This document shows, piece by piece, positions 62,661 through 64,000 of a stretch of DNA of 64,000 nt. The stretch lies in NCBI GenBank assembly GCA_008632985.1, contig QPGO01000003.1:62001-126000 (forward strand), written 5' to 3'. This stretch comes from Psammoneis japonica. Its lineage: Eukaryota. A program made the position numbers and the translations under genes. The notes below the pieces were generated by a model. The model searched no databases and had not been told where the DNA came from. It saw only the letters and a program-made list of their open reading frames with translations. Positions within the stretch are counted from its first letter, which is position 1, and the number at the start of each line of letters is the position of its first letter.

Positions 62661-63396
62661 TAGCAGAGAAAGAGCTCGTCTCCTGGTCGGTCAGATGTGT
62701 GACAGACTCGGGCGATGGCGCAGGCCGCCGCGTACGCGGGCGGGCGAGACTATTCACGGATCGCGATCAGGATCATGGGCTTGAGACTGCTATCACGCAA
62801 CAAAGAACAACGCAACATTGAACTCTGATAATACACTTTATGATGCTGTCTGGACTGCTTTTGAGTGCGTCAATGAAATGAACAAAACTGCTGCTACGGC
62901 AGTCACCACAGCGGTGTTGGCAACAGAGAGTCAGAGAGTTCCGCAGAGGCTCTCAAAAGGAGACGTGCAGCACCGGAGATGTGCGATGTGCATGGCCACG
63001 AGGGATGTTAACGCATCGTGTGAGAGGTTCGGTCATGCTTTGCGCCGGCAAGGTATGTCACAACGTTGCGACTCAACTTTTGCGCTGACACATTCCTCGT
63101 AGCACGCACCGCAAGTGACGGAATGAAGCAAGAGTGTTATTGTTGTCGGTTTAACGTAAAAGATATTGTAGCAGTGCGCATGTTGAGAATGAAATCTCGA
63201 TTGCGCCTCGACTGATGCTCCATGCTCCGAAACAGGCAGCCATAATTATTATGGGTGGCAGGGCCATTGGCAACTCTCGACTTTGGCAAGTTGTTTCACA
63301 AGTATGACACGTGATCGTTCTAAATTCTGAAAAGTTTCTCTGTAACTTGTCCAACACAGGCTATTCGTAGCGAGTTCCGATGTCGCCAGGAGGGTT

Positions 63397-64000
63397 TCAG
63401 GGAATATTGTTCACCGAGCATGTGCATAAATTTGTGTGCAAACGTTCACTACACCAGCTACCCCCATCGCCGACACAGGTGTCTCCGCGATTGTCTTCTG
63501 CAAAACTGCACACTCCTCCTCGCGCTCCGCAATAATCATCGCAACTTTGATTACCCAACACGACAAAGAAAGTGCATTCAGAAGCGTCCTCCCGACAAAC
63601 AATAATATCATCACCGTATTGGTCGGTACATGGCGTGGGATCTGGCTTTGGTGGAGGCGGTGGCCCTTCTCCAAGAGAGCACGTGCAGATTAACGGAGGC
63701 ATAGGGTCATGACAAGATCGAACTTTATTGCCCACGACGCACGTCTCCCCTTGCCTATTTTGAGCAGCCGCCAAACAAATGCCGCCATTGCTCTCGCAAA
63801 GGTCGCTGCAGGTGATCCCACGTTGATCGATAAAAATGCTACACTCTGACTCGTTCTCATGGCAAAAAACAAGGTCGTCACCGTATTGATCTGTACACGT
63901 GCCACGGCTGGCTGGTCCCTGCGCGGGTCGAGAAGATGGAGAAGCAGCAAGTATGTTTGTTGGGAACTCCTTGGGCTCTTGAGTAGGGGGTGCGATCGGT
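63397..64000 (-). CDS. 3' end of a Cys-rich, probably extracellular protein with at least two 10-Cys modules; 5' end outside the window
   Basis: Frame is open from the window edge: CTDQYGDDLVFCHENESECSIF...CSDLCESNGGIC...ICTC and CTDQYGDDIIVC...CDDYCGARGGVC...LCTC. Confidence 0.85.
   Translation of the reverse strand, partial: PIAPPTQEPKEFPTNILAASPSSRPAQGPASRGTCTDQYGDDLVFCHENESECSIFIDQRGITCSDLCESNGGICLAAAQNRQGETCVVGNKVRSCHDPMPPLICTCSLGEGPPPPPKPDPTPCTDQYGDDIIVCREDASECTFFVVLGNQSCDDYCGARGGVCSFAEDNRGDTCVGDGGSWCSERLHTNLCTCSVNNIP

Overview
This is eukaryotic nuclear DNA, most likely from a diatom. That is an inference from short ~75-110 bp GT-AG introns, signal peptide + Phe plastid-targeting motifs, and CoDi-type Copia and Ambal-like LINE relics. 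About 14 ordinary host genes occupy 1-16 kb, 22.9-30.3 kb, 54.4-57.2 kb and the last 600 bp. They include a USP deubiquitinase, a methyltransferase, ribosomal protein P2, a small Tim, a subtilisin, a HEAT protein, an M64-like peptidase and several secreted Cys-rich proteins. Between them lie three repeat blocks (~16.6-22.2, ~30.5-54.1, ~57.3-62.7 kb). The main finding is that these blocks have almost entirely lost the dinucleotide TpA, converted to TpG or CpA (A>G on either strand). In a structurally intact Ty3/Gypsy element every expected conserved Tyr in the RT/RNase H frame reads Cys or His (YIDD>CVDD), while CpG is still plentiful. Its two LTRs carry different outcomes (TG vs CA) at the same ancestral TA sites. 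The same signature disables the Copia and LINE relics (GYVDD>GCADD). Surviving TpA sites are mostly YTAR, which implies a 5'-TAY target. This looks like a RIP-like, DNA-level genome-defence hypermutation acting in the opposite direction to fungal RIP (A:T>G:C). No candidate enzyme is encoded in this window. All counts were made by eye, and a base-calling artefact must be excluded.
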